Below the pieces are notes generated by a model that saw only the letters and a list, made by a program, of their open reading frames with translations, was not told where the DNA came from and did no database searches. From NCBI GenBank assembly GCA_964016885.1, contig OZ024742.1:230206001-230270000 (forward strand): a stretch of 64,000 bases of DNA, read 5' to 3'. This document shows, piece after piece, positions 29,525-44,384 of this stretch (position 1 is its first letter; the number at the start of each line of letters is the position of its first letter). Source of the DNA: Eledone cirrhosa. Lineage: Eukaryota. Made by a program: the position numbers and the translations under genes.

Positions 29525-30052
29525 GGAAAAAATGAAACGAAATTTCATTTCTCACTCCTAGCACGGCTGTTACTTAAATACAAGTATGTACACGTGCATA
29601 GATATATGATTACAGACGTACAGTAGTATGTATATATATATACATTCATGCACACATATATATATGTACGTATGGGTTTACCGAAAATTTATTATAATGC
29701 TCGGTTTGTCTGTAAACAAACAGCCCGAATTAAGCCGTACAGTGTTCAGCAACCATCGTTGCCCTTTTGTTCAACACTGACAAAGGAACGATGTACTAGT
29801 TTCAAGCTTATTAGCTATCGTCAGCATCGTATAGCTTCCTGCCAGATGATTGAACGTCTGAAAGTATATACTTTCCTCATGCATATTAACGGGTGAGCAG
29901 GCTAATTTGCATATCGAGTGAGTTAGTCAGCAAGATGCACCGAAAACTATAAATTGAAAAAATGAAACGAAATTTCATTTCTCACTCCTAGCCCGGCTGT
30001 TACTTAAATACAAGTAGCCACACGTACATACATATATGTATACAGACGTTCA
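29525..30052 (-). mobile_element. Family B repeat, ~1.2 tandem units
   Basis: Homologous to 9700-10128; the unit restarts at about 29957; preceded by (TA)n. Confidence 0.85.
29789..29829 (-). ncRNA. Minimal hammerhead motif (family B)
   Basis: Minus strand CGAUG-CUGACGA-U-AGCU/AAUA/AGCU-U-GAAA-CUAG-UA^-CAUCG. Stem I is a perfect 5 bp and stem III is the palindrome ACUAGU. Confidence 0.72.
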
Positions 30053-30084
30053 GTGTACACACTTGTATAAATATATATATATAT

Positions 30085-32465
30085 TTCGTTTCTGAATTTG
30101 ATTAGCAAGATTCTTTATCTGTAAACGTGTGTTGAAACCGATGTTGTTATGCTTTGGGAGAGTCATGTTGCCAGTGGCTTTCACTTCAATTTATTATAAA
30201 TTAAATTAATAAATTAGGAATTTATAAATTTCCAGTTGGTTGGTTGGTTCCACAACCAGACGATTGTTCATATATTGTCAAATTTCTTTTGTCACACGTT
30301 CTGTGACCTCTTCAGTAACTGGGGATTCTTTTCTTTGTTTTTATGCCCCTCTTTGTTCTGTCTTACGCCATCTTGTTGTTGTGTGTGTTGTGTGCTTAGA
30401 TTGCGCATGTGTTACATCCGGTTGTCTATGTGTTTATATTTGTTTATTTATTTATATTTGTTTATTTATTTATCCCTATATTTATTTATCCCTATTGACG
30501 TGGATTTTGCTGTAGAGAAATGCGTAGAAATGATCAGTGAGAGCAATGTTGAATTCCGTGGGATTGATACCAGTGAGCTGGGACTCCTACTTAAACTTAC
30601 CTATAGTAATGATTATCTAGATACATATGACCTTAGCAACCTGTGCCCTACAAGACCAGCAAGAGGCAGACTACCTACCATTACCTCAATGGCCAAGAAA
30701 ACCCACACAGATAGATGGAACGGGTGGACCAGAGCCATACGGAGTATAAAATTAACCCTTAAGGAACATATGTTCAAATTTAATGGAAAAGCATATGCTC
30801 AAGAGGAGGGAGCAGCCATTGGTGTTAGCATTGCAGGTGACATAGCTAACCTATTCATGGTATGTTGGGACAATAGACTTAAACTTAAACTTAAAGAACA
30901 ATTAGAAGACAGCAACCTCTTAACCCTGATAATGTACTCCCGCTACGTTGATGATATAGACATCGTAGTAAAAACACCACCACTAGAGAACAGTCAGAAA
31001 TTAGAGAAAAACACCATGGAAAGCATCCAGCAAATAGCTAACTCCATCCACCAGAGTATTAGCGTTACTATAGACTACCCAAGCAAACACCACAACCATC
31101 GATTACCTGTACTAGACACAGAGCTCTGGTTAGATACTATTAATAACAAAAAACAAATCCTCCATTCCCATTATGCCAAACCCATGACTTCCAAATATCT
31201 GATCCACCGAAACTCAGCTGTTTCGGACCATACCAAAATCAACATACTGATTGGGGATTTGGTACGGGTGATGAGAAAGAAACGTATCCCGCATGTGCAA
31301 CCCCAAAGAACTAGAGAGACACATACGACACTTCATCCACCGTATGCAGTTCTCTGGTTACAATCAGAGAGATAAAATCAGAGTATATAGAGGAGCCAGA
31401 ACCAAATGGGAAAAAATGGTAAATAATGATACAAATGGGACCTGCCCCTTGTACAGGAGAAAATTTTGGAATAGAATAGAAAGAACCCAGAATAAGGTTA
31501 ATAGAATAAACTCATGGTATGATAGCAATAAATACCAGAGTGTAATGTTCATCAATACAACCCCTAGAGGTGAATCAGCTTACATTTGAAGGCCCCTAGA
31601 TAAACATAAACTCAATATTAAGATAGTAGAAAGACCAGGTACCTCTGTAAAAACACTTATTAGCAAGACATACCCTTTTCAAAGACCCCCCTGTATAGAT
31701 AAGAAATGTATAATCTGTAAACTAAGCCCCCATATTAACTGTAAAACTAGAAATGTAGTATATAGCATAAGATGTACTGAAGGACAATGTAGAGATAAGA
31801 ATATAGTGTACGTGGGTGAGACAGCTCGTAGTATAGGAGTACGGATAAATGAACACTGGCGAGACCTTCAAGATAGTAAAGAATCATCTGTACTCTACCA
31901 ACATGCTAAAATAGAACATATGGGTAAATTAGAGAACATAGAAATAAAAATAGAATCTACACACAGAAAAGACGCAATGTTTAGACAATTCACAGAGGCA
32001 ATAAACATAAATGAACTCCAACCAAAATTAAATAGAAAACATGAATGGAATAGCAACATCACAAATTACAATTAAGAACAAAATGAAAATACACACACAC
32101 ATAGAACAAACAACCAACCAGTAACAATTAAATAAACAAATAAATAAACAAATATAAACACACACAGATACCCGGATGTAACACATGCGCAAACTAAGCA
32201 CACAACACACACAAAAACAAGATGGCGTAGGACGGAAAAAATGGAAAGGCACAAAAACAAAGAAAAGAATCCCCAGTCACTGAAGAGGTACACAATGTGT
32301 GACGAAAGAACTTTAACAATATATGAACAATCGTCTGGTTGTGGAACAAACCAACCAACCGGAAATTTATAAATTCCGAAATTTATAAATTTAATTTATA
32401 ATAAATTGAAGTGAAAGCAACTGGTGCGTGTGTTTCCTATTGGCAACATGACCCTCCCAAAGTAT

Positions 32466-32470
<5 letters not shown>
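30085..32470 (+). mobile_element. Penelope-like family A, copy 2, with an inverted pseudo-LTR at its 5' end
   Basis: About 30145-30490 is the reverse complement of the 3' pseudo-LTR. About 30492-32075 matches the copy 1 RT/EN with an in-frame 18-codon deletion. Ends in (TA)n. Confidence 0.92.
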
Positions 32471-32504
<34 letters not shown>

Positions 32505-32512
<8 letters not shown>

Positions 32513-32628
32513 TTTACTTTTGGCATAAGGCCAGCATTACTAGTACTTTATTTTATCGACCCCGTAAGGATGAAAGGCAAAGATAACCTAGGTGGGATTT
32601 GAACTCAGACCGTAAAGGGCCGTAACGA
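32505..32628 (-). mobile_element. tRNA-derived SINE, partial
   Basis: Reverse complement of the SINE core and tail. Confidence 0.8.
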
Positions 32629-35600
32629 TGGAGTTTGGCACATGAAATCTAATGAAGATAAGATGTTAATTTAACATATTTATATATATATGTATGTATA
32701 TATGTGTACATATATATATATTATGAAAAACTGTTCATGAACGCTACCGGTTACATGAAAGCCTGTATTCCCAATTATAGATAGATCATACGGCGTGTTA
32801 CTTCCTTACGTAATATCGTACAGGAGACATAAACGTCCGTGACTATAAAACAGGAGGACTGTTGTTCAAGGAACTCTATCGCACATATGTGCATAGATTC
32901 TTTACTATCAGCAAATTCCAATATTGCGTCTGGTCCTTCTCATGTTTTCATCACTTTAAACAAATTGTCAGTATCGTAGCCGAACAATTTGGCAATCAGT
33001 TCCCCTGTACATCAACCCACATATGACCCAGTAGCTAACGATTAAATGTGGAAGGGACAGAGACGTCTGCAACAGCTGAGAGAAGCAAGAGCGGGGTCAA
33101 AACCGTCCACTCTAGTGCCAACTGTCATGCCTCGTAACCTACACACTTACACCCCATGTGGTTTGATTTTGAGTCTTTGTCGAGGTATGTCACGCTAGAG
33201 ACAAACATCTTCCAACTAACTAAGCTAAAGCGGCTGAACATCCATACGTCGATATCCATGTATGTGCTTGTGTATGTGTGTGTGTGTATACCTGTGTGAC
33301 TGTCTGTGCCTGTCTTTGTGTTTGCTTGTGTGTATGTATTTATGCGTGTCTGTGTGTCAGTGTGTCTGTATGTCAGTGTGCCTATCTTTGCCTTTGTGTG
33401 TGTGCGCGCGCATATATATGTTTAAAAAATTGGTTGACTTTCGCAGCATTGAGAGATTTGAGATTTGGAAATATAGTTCCCATAATACCTACATTGGTAT
33501 TTAATTAAATATTAATGGTGACACGCGCTCGCTCGACATTCGAAATATGTGGGGTTCGTTTCCCCGCACGTATTTCCGACTACTTTCCCCTCATCTTCAG
33601 GAGTATTTTGCCCGATTAAGTTACTAAAGGATTATGGTGACTATAGTTTCATATAAGCCATCATTAGCTATCAGGAATTATTGTGTGGCATATAACATTA
33701 TAACGTTCTTTTACATGCCAATGTATGCATGAGCAGAGACAGACACCCTTGAAATCCTCTCTCCATTGAACTATCGGAACAACAAAATGTGACGGGTAGA
33801 TATGTAACAGTTTCCATTTTATGATCGAACATTTTTTCAGATTCTATGTTTTAAACGTAAGAGATTACGTTTCTGCAAAAAATGAAAGTTTTTTCAAAAT
33901 ATCAATAATTATTAGCGTAACAACACATCGCCCTTTCCATAGCTATCATGTTTTCGAGAAATCCAAATTTTGTTTTTGAAATATGTTTTAAGCAACGAAT
34001 AATCACGATTCCGCAAAATAATTCTCTTTTCAAAATGTAAATGTATATTTTGTGTAGTAGCTACACCCTTACAAAGGTCGCAATTGCATGCATGCTTTTC
34101 AGTTGTGGCTTTTTTCTCGAAAATTGTGGGCTGAAATATATTTTAAGCACAAGATTATGCTTCTTTCAGCAACTTAGTTTTTATCCCTACCCTCATACAC
34201 CTCTCAGTTTTTTGTTTCATATATTTTAACAAGTTTTTCGAATTTTTATATTTTCAACTTAAGAGTTTTAAAACTTTTGTTATTTAAAAAATAATTCTTC
34301 AAATAAGTTTTTAAAAACATTAATTAATTATTCTATATTTTATACGGAAAACATTATGATAATACCGTTTTCTAATCTTTTCATTATTTTCCAAAGCAAA
34401 GTCTTGCGTCTTCTTACAATCTCACAACAACGGCATAGTTATCCGATAAGATCTCTGTAGTGCATTTTCCCAAAGAAGAGCCAGTTGTATGACTACACCA
34501 CAAACGTTGGATTACTGTCACTATAGAATGTGAAGGAAAATGGTTCCTTTGTTGAATACATGCTATTTAAATATGCCTCATATATTTTACTGGAAAATTC
34601 ATTTTAAATGTGCTCGAAAATATGCTTTCATTATTGAATACAGGTTGTTTTCATTATTTGGCCTCACAAGTTGTGAGAATGTTTGTCTGTTAGCAAAAAC
34701 GCTGAGTTGTAAGCATATATACAATGAAAGATTATTTTTGACTTGAATATTTTGCATTAGAGAATTATTTGAAAAGATTATTAAAATATAGTATTAAGAA
34801 ATCCGAAGACCGCTATTTTTTCTCTCTTTTTTTTATCCATACATAATTTAAAATATAACAATACTCGGCTGCCTGAATGGGGATTAAAACTTAAATTCAT
34901 AGGTTTCTGGCAGAATCATGAAACTTAACAATGCAGAAAGAATTTTTGAGAAACGAAAAAATGAAAAAGTCGTGAAAATGAAAGGAGAGTAAAAAAATAT
35001 TTTAAAAATTGATATTTTGAAATTATTTTTTTTCCAGAATTATAGTTTATGGAAATAAGAAGTGAATAAAACAAATAAATAAAGCGATAAAACGAAAAGA
35101 GGAACAAGATTTAGTAGACTAAATTGAGTTGTTCCTGTTAAGATATCTAATAGTTGTCAGTCTCTTGCAAAACAAATGTAAGCAACTTTTAGCTCTTTGA
35201 CAGAATTCGACATAAAAAAATATAGATTAGGGACAACCATAAATAATTATATAGGAGGATATTGAAAAGACGTCAAGAAACTAGAAGAATTTCAGAAAGA
35301 TTCCACCGTTAGAAATGTAGTATATTTCACCTGTAAATGAAAATAAAGTTTCGTAGAACAATTTTGTATTAGTGTCGAGTTCTCATCGTTTATGCATTGA
35401 GCTACCCTATCAACTGAATGTTCGAACCATAGCGATTGAGTTCTTTAATATTCAACAGAACCCTGTAGCATTAACGTGTTTCTTGGAAGAATTCGCCATG
35501 AAATATAGGTTTAGAAAGGACCTACATGATGCAACAGATGAGGTGGGCGGACGTGCTAAGTACATTTAATGTAGTGGGCAACTGAAAACTCCTACGTGAC

Positions 35601-36695
35601 AACTTTTTCTAAGCTACTGGCGATTCTTGTGGCTGGAGTAAAGCGACAGCCCACTTCTTTTGAGGCAACTACAAAAGAAGTTCGTAGCCAAGAATAAAAT
35701 CTCAAAACCTCTTGAGTGTAACTCTTATGTGTATTTTCTATTCATAGCGAATGTGCGTGGTTATAGTCTTCATGTGTATGACAGATGGTTGCTTTCATTA
35801 ATACTTTGAGCTAGGCATTATCTTTTTCCCTAACAAAAACGACGCCAGCAACTGCACCACCACCATCAACAACAACAACCACGACTGCAAACACTTTTAA
35901 TTTGGTATCATGACTTTTCTAATTGCCTCTCTGTTTCTATTATATTCTGCTGGTCGTATTCAGAACATAAACATTTATTGTGGCGTAAGGAGAGGTGAGT
36001 TCATTCGTTTCACGAAGAACCTTATTCCAAACATTTGAGAAAGAAGTATCGAAATAACATAATTTAATTTTCACGTCCATTTTAAACACCTCTATATAAA
36101 TAATGTATAAACCGAACATATTCTTAACAGAAATATGGCATTATATATATATATTACACATCTCTGTAAAACGATAAACGATACGATTGAGAGAAAATAG
36201 TTTTGACGCGTAAATATTTGAACGGCAAATATTGCCTTGTATCAGACGTTTCTCGAAAGCAAATCATTATAAAACGCACAGTGATTTCATTTAAAACCAT
36301 TCTAATTCAATTAGGAACCAATTCAACTGAAGTTTAGTACAATATTGGAAGAAAATGAACTATATTTCGAACGACTCATAAATGTGAACTGCTACGATTA
36401 GTTGAAAATGTCAGGCGTCTCTTTTTCAACGCCATCTTGAATTGGCGCACCGCGAAAGTGAACATTAGGTTTAATTAGTAGGAAAATCGATACAAATCAA
36501 CGGAGTCTCAATAAACAACTTTCAACATTCGTTGTTATTTTAACCTTTTGTTGCTTTATTTATATTACATACCACCTAGTATTTAGTGGTTCGAAACTAT
36601 ACTTTCAAACGCACAAAATCATGGGCAACACACATACGCAGACAGTATATTATTATATACATATATATACATATACATACATATATATATATGTA

Positions 36696-36803
<108 letters not shown>

Positions 36804-36947
36804 TATATATATATATGTGTGTATGTATATTGTATATTGTATATTGTATACGTAGCTAGCCGAAACCACCGGTTCCGCGGCAGATTCTTTGCTTTCATAT
36901 ACAATATACATACATACATACACACACACGCACACACACACACATAA

Positions 36948-37070
<123 letters not shown>

Positions 37071-37350
37071 TGCGTGTGTGTGTATATATGCATATGCCTG
37101 GTCACTCTTGAGTGCTACTGGTAACATGTAACCAAGTACAACATGTCGCATGGTCGGGCGTTGGTGACTAAACCCGCAACCCCACCCGCAACCCCACCAA
37201 GTTTAATTGAGGGGTGGAGGGTAATTTTGGACACCCTGCAGGGCAAAAAACAAAACCTGACAAAGGGCGGAAGAACTCATAAATGGCAACGGCCATCCAA
37301 ATATGTGTAAATATGTATGTACATATGTATATACGTGTCTATATATATAT

Positions 37351-37665
37351 ATGCGAGGGGTCATAGTAATAATCGGGTTGGATACCCGATCGCGTGGTTA
37401 AACCACTGAGAGTGAAGGACCCCTAGCCTTTGTCAGAGCATTCTTCTAGGATAAGGCAACTCAGGAAACTGAGATAACTCCAACATAAAACCTGCGGCTC
37501 AGTAGTTACAGATGATATTGATCTTTTCTTCTTTTCGGATTAAAACTACCGTTGCTCAGAGAATATATCTTCACGTACAGGAATTGCACGATAGAATTAA
37601 TTGATAATTATTAATAATGTTACATCGTGCAATAGCCATCCTCGATATCGAGGTGGCAGCCATCA
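37351..37665 (+). repeat. Dispersed ~315 bp non-coding repeat, copy 2
   Basis: Colinear with 8430-8748; (TA)n on both sides. Confidence 0.8.
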
Positions 37666-38687
37666 TATATATATACGAATATAAATGTATGTACATATAT
37701 ATATGCATATAGTATGGCTGTTTTAAGTTATGGTTATGTTATAATTACATCAACATCCGTGCGAAAAGAACAGATACAAAGGTTTCAGGAGTTTTTATCC
37801 ATCATCAGTGACGCTTACTCAGTACTGAAACAAAAATTAACACTTGTGTGATATGATCACAGGTTATAATAAGGCATATACATATTAGCATATCGTACAT
37901 ACGTTCATATACACATATATTATGAATCACGCTATGGTAGAAGTACTACTACTAATTAATCATAACCAAGTTAAGAACGCACTATATGTAAATTAAGTTA
38001 TCCAGCAGCTTTTGTTTTCATACACAGACAGTAAATACATATGTATGTTTCTGTGTGTGTATGTGAGTGCGTGCCTGTGCGTGTGTACGTACATGATTTT
38101 ATTTTAATGTACTTTATATAAATATATAATGCATTTTACGAATATCGAACAGACAAAGAGCAGACAGTTTTATTTTTACATTTTAAATAGCCCTGAAGAG
38201 AGTTCCATTCTATTTTAATTGCAAAGATAATATAAGTTAAACGACAGTTTTTCATTGAAATACACTAGATACATGAGGCAGTACAATGTGTGTATATATT
38301 AAGCAGTAAGCTCCCTTAGGGCAATTCATTCAGCCCTCATTGTTGATGCATTATAATTATAATATTAGGTGAGAGCAAATTACTGACAAAAGCCTGCTGT
38401 GATTTACTACATGATATTGAAAATTGATTTAAAACCACTGAGATTAACTGGTTGTTATTGGATTCTATTAATGTTTATATTGCTTTGTAAAGATAAATTC
38501 ACTCACACAGACACATATATGCCTAAATAGTTATATATGTGGACAGATAAATGTAATATACATTATATACATATAACATATATATACACACACATATGCA
38601 TACACATATATACATACATAAATATATATACACATAAATACATTTTCACGTATTCATATATATACATATACACACTCGCAGACACAT

Positions 38688-38750
<63 letters not shown>

Positions 38751-38909
38751 CGGTCGTCAAGTACGAAAGTTGTAGACATTTGTGTCTTTTTTTTAGAAAC
38801 TTCTACAAATTCCATACTTGACGACCCAATATATATATTTAATAACTAATAAAAAGTTATCGCTCTACGTGGCTGATTACAATAAATGAAATAATAATAT
38901 TCGATTTGT

Positions 38910-39310
38910 TTGCAATTATGCAATCAGCCTCTTGTAAGCCGTGTCAGTAGAAAGGGCCTCTCGTCCTTGTTCTTGTGTTGGCATGTAAACAGAACTGCAG
39001 CACTAATGTTTCTCGGTGATTATCCTTAATCAGTACAGTTCACTGTTCACTTGCCAAACTGTCAGAGCTAGTGAAAATATATGATATTTTCCAAAATATA
39101 CACTGACTGACTGGCCTGATTTGCATATTAACAGACTGGCTGATCAGTCATATCTGCATATTAGTAGATCAACTGATCAACGAGGTTTTCATATCAGCAG
39201 ATAGGCCAGTCAATTTCCTGTATACGAGCGATTAATGGTCGGCTTTGCCATATTCAAATAACTAACAGCTGGCCATTAATCGCCCGTATACATGAAACTG
39301 ACTGGCCTAT
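38910..39310 (-). mobile_element. Family D repeat, copy 2, with a short terminal fold-back
   Basis: Reverse complement of 20113-20490; 39271-39310 inverts about 39201-39240. Confidence 0.7.
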
Positions 39311-39424
39311 GTGCTTCTCCCCAAAAACATTTTCCTCCCTCCTTCCTCTTCTCATATTCCTCGTCTTATCTTTCTATTTATCTATTTACTTATTTATCTA
39401 TTCGTATTTTTCCTTTTTGTTGCC

Positions 39425-40545
39425 GTGACCTGATGTCTCTATACAAATACCCGAGTATTCAAGTTCGAATAAATGCTGCTAAATCGAAACTGTTTAATGT
39501 GGGAGTCGGATTCCATCATGGGTGCTTACTGTCACGTCCCTTCTTCATTATTTACATAAACAAGGGCGGTGAATTGGCAGTATCGGTAGAGGCTCGGACA
39601 TGCTTTCCAGCATAGTTACGTCCCTTTACAATCTGAGTTCAAATCCCACTGAGGTAAACTTTGCCTTTCATCCTTACGAGGTCGATAAAATAAAGTACCA
39701 GTAATGTACTGTTTAATTGCTGGCCTTGTGCCAAAAGTAGAAACAATTATTTACATAAACATAATTGACGTGCGCAACCGGGTTGCAACAGGTATCATGA
39801 CTTGCGGGTGTAAAATCAGTCGGCTGCACTTCGCAGACGATATGGTGTTACTTAACTCGACAGGAGATGATCTTCGACTTGTGCTTGATAGATTCGATGC
39901 CGACTGCAGCATGGCTGGAAACTTGCGCAATGCACACTACATGTAAATGGAGTTCCACTGAAGCAGGTAGAGAAGTTCAAATATCTCAGAGCCGTGTTCA
40001 CGAGTGATGGAAGGCTGGAGGTTCAATTAAGTACACGATCTGCAATAGCTGGTGCAGTAATGCGCCAGCTTCAGCATTCAGTAATTAGAAGAGAGGTAGG
40101 ATTAAAAGCTAAACTCGCTATCTTCAATTTGGTTTCGTGCCAACCCTTACCTATGGTCATGAATCTTGGGTAATGACTTAAAGAATATGATCACGAATAC
40201 AAGCGGCCGGAATTGGATTCCTCCAAAGGGTCTTTGGAGTAAAGTTACTCGATAAAGTGCGTAGCTCGGAGATCACAGTGTCACTCTAAGTAGAGCTGCT
40301 ACTTTTCCGAATTGAGAGATCACAGCTCCGACACTATGGGCATGTGGTTAGAATGTCTCAAAAAGGAATTGCTGGACAGATTTTACGGGCAAAACCAACC
40401 GGCAAGAGGCCCAGGGGTTGAGCTCGGCTGGTCACGCGTTGGCATCTAGCCGGATCAGTTGGAGACGGTTGATTTTGACAGGACCCGCTGAAAGGTGCGT
40501 TTCAGAACTCTGTTCCCACAACCCTCTCAGGAGTATGTGTGCGAA
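39425..40545 (+). mobile_element. RTE-clade LINE 3' remnant interrupted by a SINE
   Basis: FNVGVGFHHGCLLSRPFFIIYI, SRLHFADDMVLL, QVEKFKYL, PTLTYGHESWVM and LRHYGHVVRM are seen in shifting frames. Confidence 0.85.
39563..39745 (+). mobile_element. Full-length tRNA-derived SINE with 16-bp TSD
   Basis: TSD attatttacataaaca at 39547-39562 and 39746-39761; A-box-like TGGCAGTATCGG and B-box-like GAGTTCAAATCCC. Confidence 0.92.
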
Positions 40546-41679
40546 GAAAATGAGCGTGGCTGATATTTATAGGTTTCCTATCGGTTGGAAATGGTGGTAG
40601 TTAAGAGATTATGTATATGTCCATCCTTTACCTGTTTTGCACGATGAATGAATTAAATAAATAATCAATTAGTGAGAGCTTTATATAATTATAAGATGAA
40701 AGAAAAGAATAAGATACTACAATTTCCTTACTGCAGTTCCGCCGTATTTTTTGCAATTTTGGATACTTTAGGGCATCCATAACTGTTCACGGCTTTAGAA
40801 GATACCCCTTCAGTCCAAGAAAAAATTCTTCGAAATTATTGTTGCCAGTGATATTTTCGAACGAGAAAGATATCACGTGGTTTATTGTCATCAAGGAGGT
40901 TAGCAACAGGTGGACTATTGGCGTGTAACAGAGCTGCAGTCTATTTTAGCCTATTTTTTTTTTACTTAACTGTGGGGGAGTGTAGAACATAATTATAATT
41001 TTACATGTATATATATATATATATACACATTATTTGGATAGGTTTCACCCTGTATTGTTTCAGACCATATCTAACTTAATAGCAACACCTAATATTTCAA
41101 AGGATTCACCTCAGTCATGCTTCAGTCATCATGACTTACTCGCTTCAATGTTCAATTTTAACAGGGACATATTCGGATATAGGTGGTTTATCTGGAAGTA
41201 CTCGTAGGAATTTGTTACGTTTTCTGAAGTCTATAATGTGAAGGTGACACTCAATTGCCAGATACGATGTCTCTTCAGATTACGAGTTCGAAATTTTCTC
41301 TCGTGTTCTAATCTTTAGTTCTAATGATGGGTATTAACCCAACCATATCTATCGACGAATATGAAACTTTCATTTTCTCCTAAGCGTTATTATGTTGTAC
41401 ATTTTACATATAAAGTTCGTTGTCTATAATTTCTAGTAATAATTTTACAGGTATTTATCACTTCGTCTTATCATATTATGTGCACACTACTATAGCATCC
41501 ATTGCTTACATTGGTTCCACCTCCAATAATCAATAAAATGATGGAATAACCAACATTATATGTCTGTATATATTCAGAGAGCTGCATTCTCGTGAGATGA
41601 AGAGAATAATTTTGTGATCTTTTAAACCCGCTCATAACAGTATATTCTGTTATATATGAGGTGTATCTGGAAGAGATGA

Positions 41680-41800
41680 CTAATCTTTCGGTGACTGAGG
41701 TCACAAGAGCTATTAAAGAGTTCAAATGTGACAAGGCCTCTGGGAAAGATAAAATTCGGTTTGATTTGTTAAAAGCCTTCAATAGAGAAGGTGAGTACCA
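41680..41800 (+). mobile_element. LINE RT N-terminal remnant
   Basis: Reads EVTRAIKEFKCDKASGKDKIRFDLLKA, matching the EV..AI..K..KA.G.D.I pattern of non-LTR RTs. Confidence 0.55.
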
Positions 41801-44384
41801 AAATTAAAAATAAATTTGTGAAGAGAAGAACGAAATTCTTGATGCTTTAACATTTTAATTGTTAAGGGTAAGAATCTATTTAAATTAAATTATCAACGAA
41901 GTAAATTGTAACCGGAATACAAGGAGTGTGTATATCAAGGAGGCAAAATGAAGTTGAGAAATAATATTACAGGGGTTTGATTAATTACAGATTGTTCCTC
42001 CAAGAAGCATATGGCAGAGATTACAGCAGATTATATCGACATTACAACTAATAACATTATATATATTCAACGCTAGGCTATGACATTGAAGTTTTCTATG
42101 ATAGCAACAGATGTAAGTATGCTGTTTATGTGAAAGGAAATGTGGGAATGTCAGCAGAGTTAAATATATTCTATAATACTTTTACTGTATTCAGTCATCA
42201 AACTGCAGCTGTGCGGGGACACTGCCTTAGTTTTTAAGTCTGGATCATATTTTATTGATGTCGTTTTTGTTGAACAACTAAAGTATAGAATATATAATCT
42301 CAAGCAGGAACAAATATAAGCATACACGCATACAGTGCCACGCAGTGAAGTTGAATCCGGAACTACGAGGTTGCAAAGCGAACTTAATAACTGCACAGTC
42401 ATACCTGGTACCATGTAGAAATGGGAAAATCTCTTGATCATGAAAATAACGTAGCCTATAAATTTGTTGGCTCTGAGAAAATAGAGAAAGTAGACGGAAT
42501 AAAAATAGTCGGAAAGATTTCCGACGAAATATAGATACAAAGGAAATTTCTAGAGAAATGGGTGAAAAGACTAGCATTATTAAATTGGCCGGGAATCTAG
42601 TGAAAGTGATAAACTGCATCATAGATACGGTGGCTGAATATATGATATATCTGTGTGTATTCAACAAATTACATCTTGATGCACTGGATAGAATGAAATC
42701 AATAGAATCCCAAGAAAGAATTTCCGGCTAAGCTGCTAAGTAAATGACGAAAGGAAATTCCTGACATGAAAAAAATGTACCTCGATGTGTCAAGTGTAGA
42801 TAAGGAAACAGGTTTTCTTGTATATTCTTGATATAAAGTAGGGTGCTAGAGTATATACGAAGTGATATATATATATATACATATATACATATTTGCATAC
42901 ATGTTTATGAATCGATAAGTACTGCACGAAAGAGAAACTATGGCCGTCTAACAAAATCGGGAATGACTTAATGGACCATACCGGGCTTTAGCTACTGTTT
43001 TCAGGAACCTTTGTAGTCGTAGGTATGTATAGTGACCCTCTCCGCCCTCACGCCCTTAAACCAGATGTAATCATAAAGAAGCGGAAACGGCAAAGTTCTC
43101 AGTCGAAGAAGGGGGAAGATGTAGTGACAGAGAAATCAAAATGCCCCCCTGCTGGAACACCCCTGCACAGCATTGGACTTGGCAGAGTTTAATGAGAAAG
43201 GACAGCAATGTGTTCAGCTGTGGCGGAACCACAACTAGCCAAGCTTTGTAGCCGACACTCTTGTAGACACGACTAGAAGACCATACATTTGAATGCCGTT
43301 TTTCCTGCTAAAGCATGTGTTAAGCCTGCAATCAATATGGCAAGCTTCATCCTCATCACATGGGCCTCTATGTGGCAATACTTTACGACAGGAAACTTAT
43401 TTCCGCTGCCAACCTTTTCGGTCAGTGCTTATGACACACAAAATGCTTATTCTAAACCGCATAGACACAAGATAAACATAATAGGCACATGGAAGGAAGC
43501 TTTGTTCAATGAAACAAACGTCACTCGTATTCCGGAATTTAGCATAATCGAGGATATAGTCGGAATAACAGCGGAAAAGAACTGAGGCTTAAGCAGTGTC
43601 GAAGCAAACTTCTACCGAGTATTTGACAACTTACATTAAAAAACATGTAATGAATGTTTAAGTTGTAACGTAAATTTCAAAAACTTTTATTGATTTAATT
43701 AACACCGAAGAAGAAATGGGTAAATTATATGCGGAAAATAAATATATTATAAGCTATAAAAGGAAATGAGACATTCAGTTTATTACCTTCTGTCTGGAAA
43801 TAAAATGTTTTGCTGCAAATGATTATGATTGTCAGAGCAATAATTAACTTGTTGGCAGTTGGTTGTAAACTAGCAGAGTTATTGGAGTATCGGAGAAAAC
43901 ACTGTACAGTCGAAGCGACGTCAGATTGTACTCACTTCTACTTAGCTGTTGGTAACTTGAAATCATATTCAGATTTCAATACGTTGAAATAGATTTCAAG
44001 TTACCATCTCCTCCCCTGTAATCTGAACACCATTTCATCTTACCCACTATAATTTTCTTACCATTCGATATTATTCCCCAATGAACTCCAGCTTCTATTG
44101 AAATTTCTACTAATGTAGGGGACTGCTTCACATAGGAAAACTAATCTAACCCAAATTCATTGTTTTCACATTCTGAATCTCTGATGTTTAAAACCTACCA
44201 ATTTTCATGTTGTTGTTTTTTTTTAGGCAAATTATAATTAAAATTTTAAATCTAGCTTTTTTTGTGATACTTTTAATTTTTTCAGTTTATGGCTTGAGCT
44301 TCAATTATTTATGTGTCAGGTGTTTTATACAATAAACGTATCATGAATTGTAAACATTAAATATACTTATTTCAATTAAATCAA

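Noticed and set aside
30236-31375. 379-aa ORF as a functional gene
   Set aside because: It is a chimera of antisense pseudo-LTR and a truncated, deleted PLE RT that ends in a frameshift.
36586-36645. [12 protein letters not shown] as the start of a pogo-like transposase
   Set aside because: Too short; it is cut by a microsatellite and no TIR or catalytic domain was identified.
38188-38215. CTGAAGAG hammerhead-like core
   Set aside because: No downstream GAAA, stem III or stem I partner.
39563-39745. tRNA gene
   Set aside because: It has A/B-box-like motifs but is multi-copy with TSDs and a non-tRNA tail, so it is a SINE.
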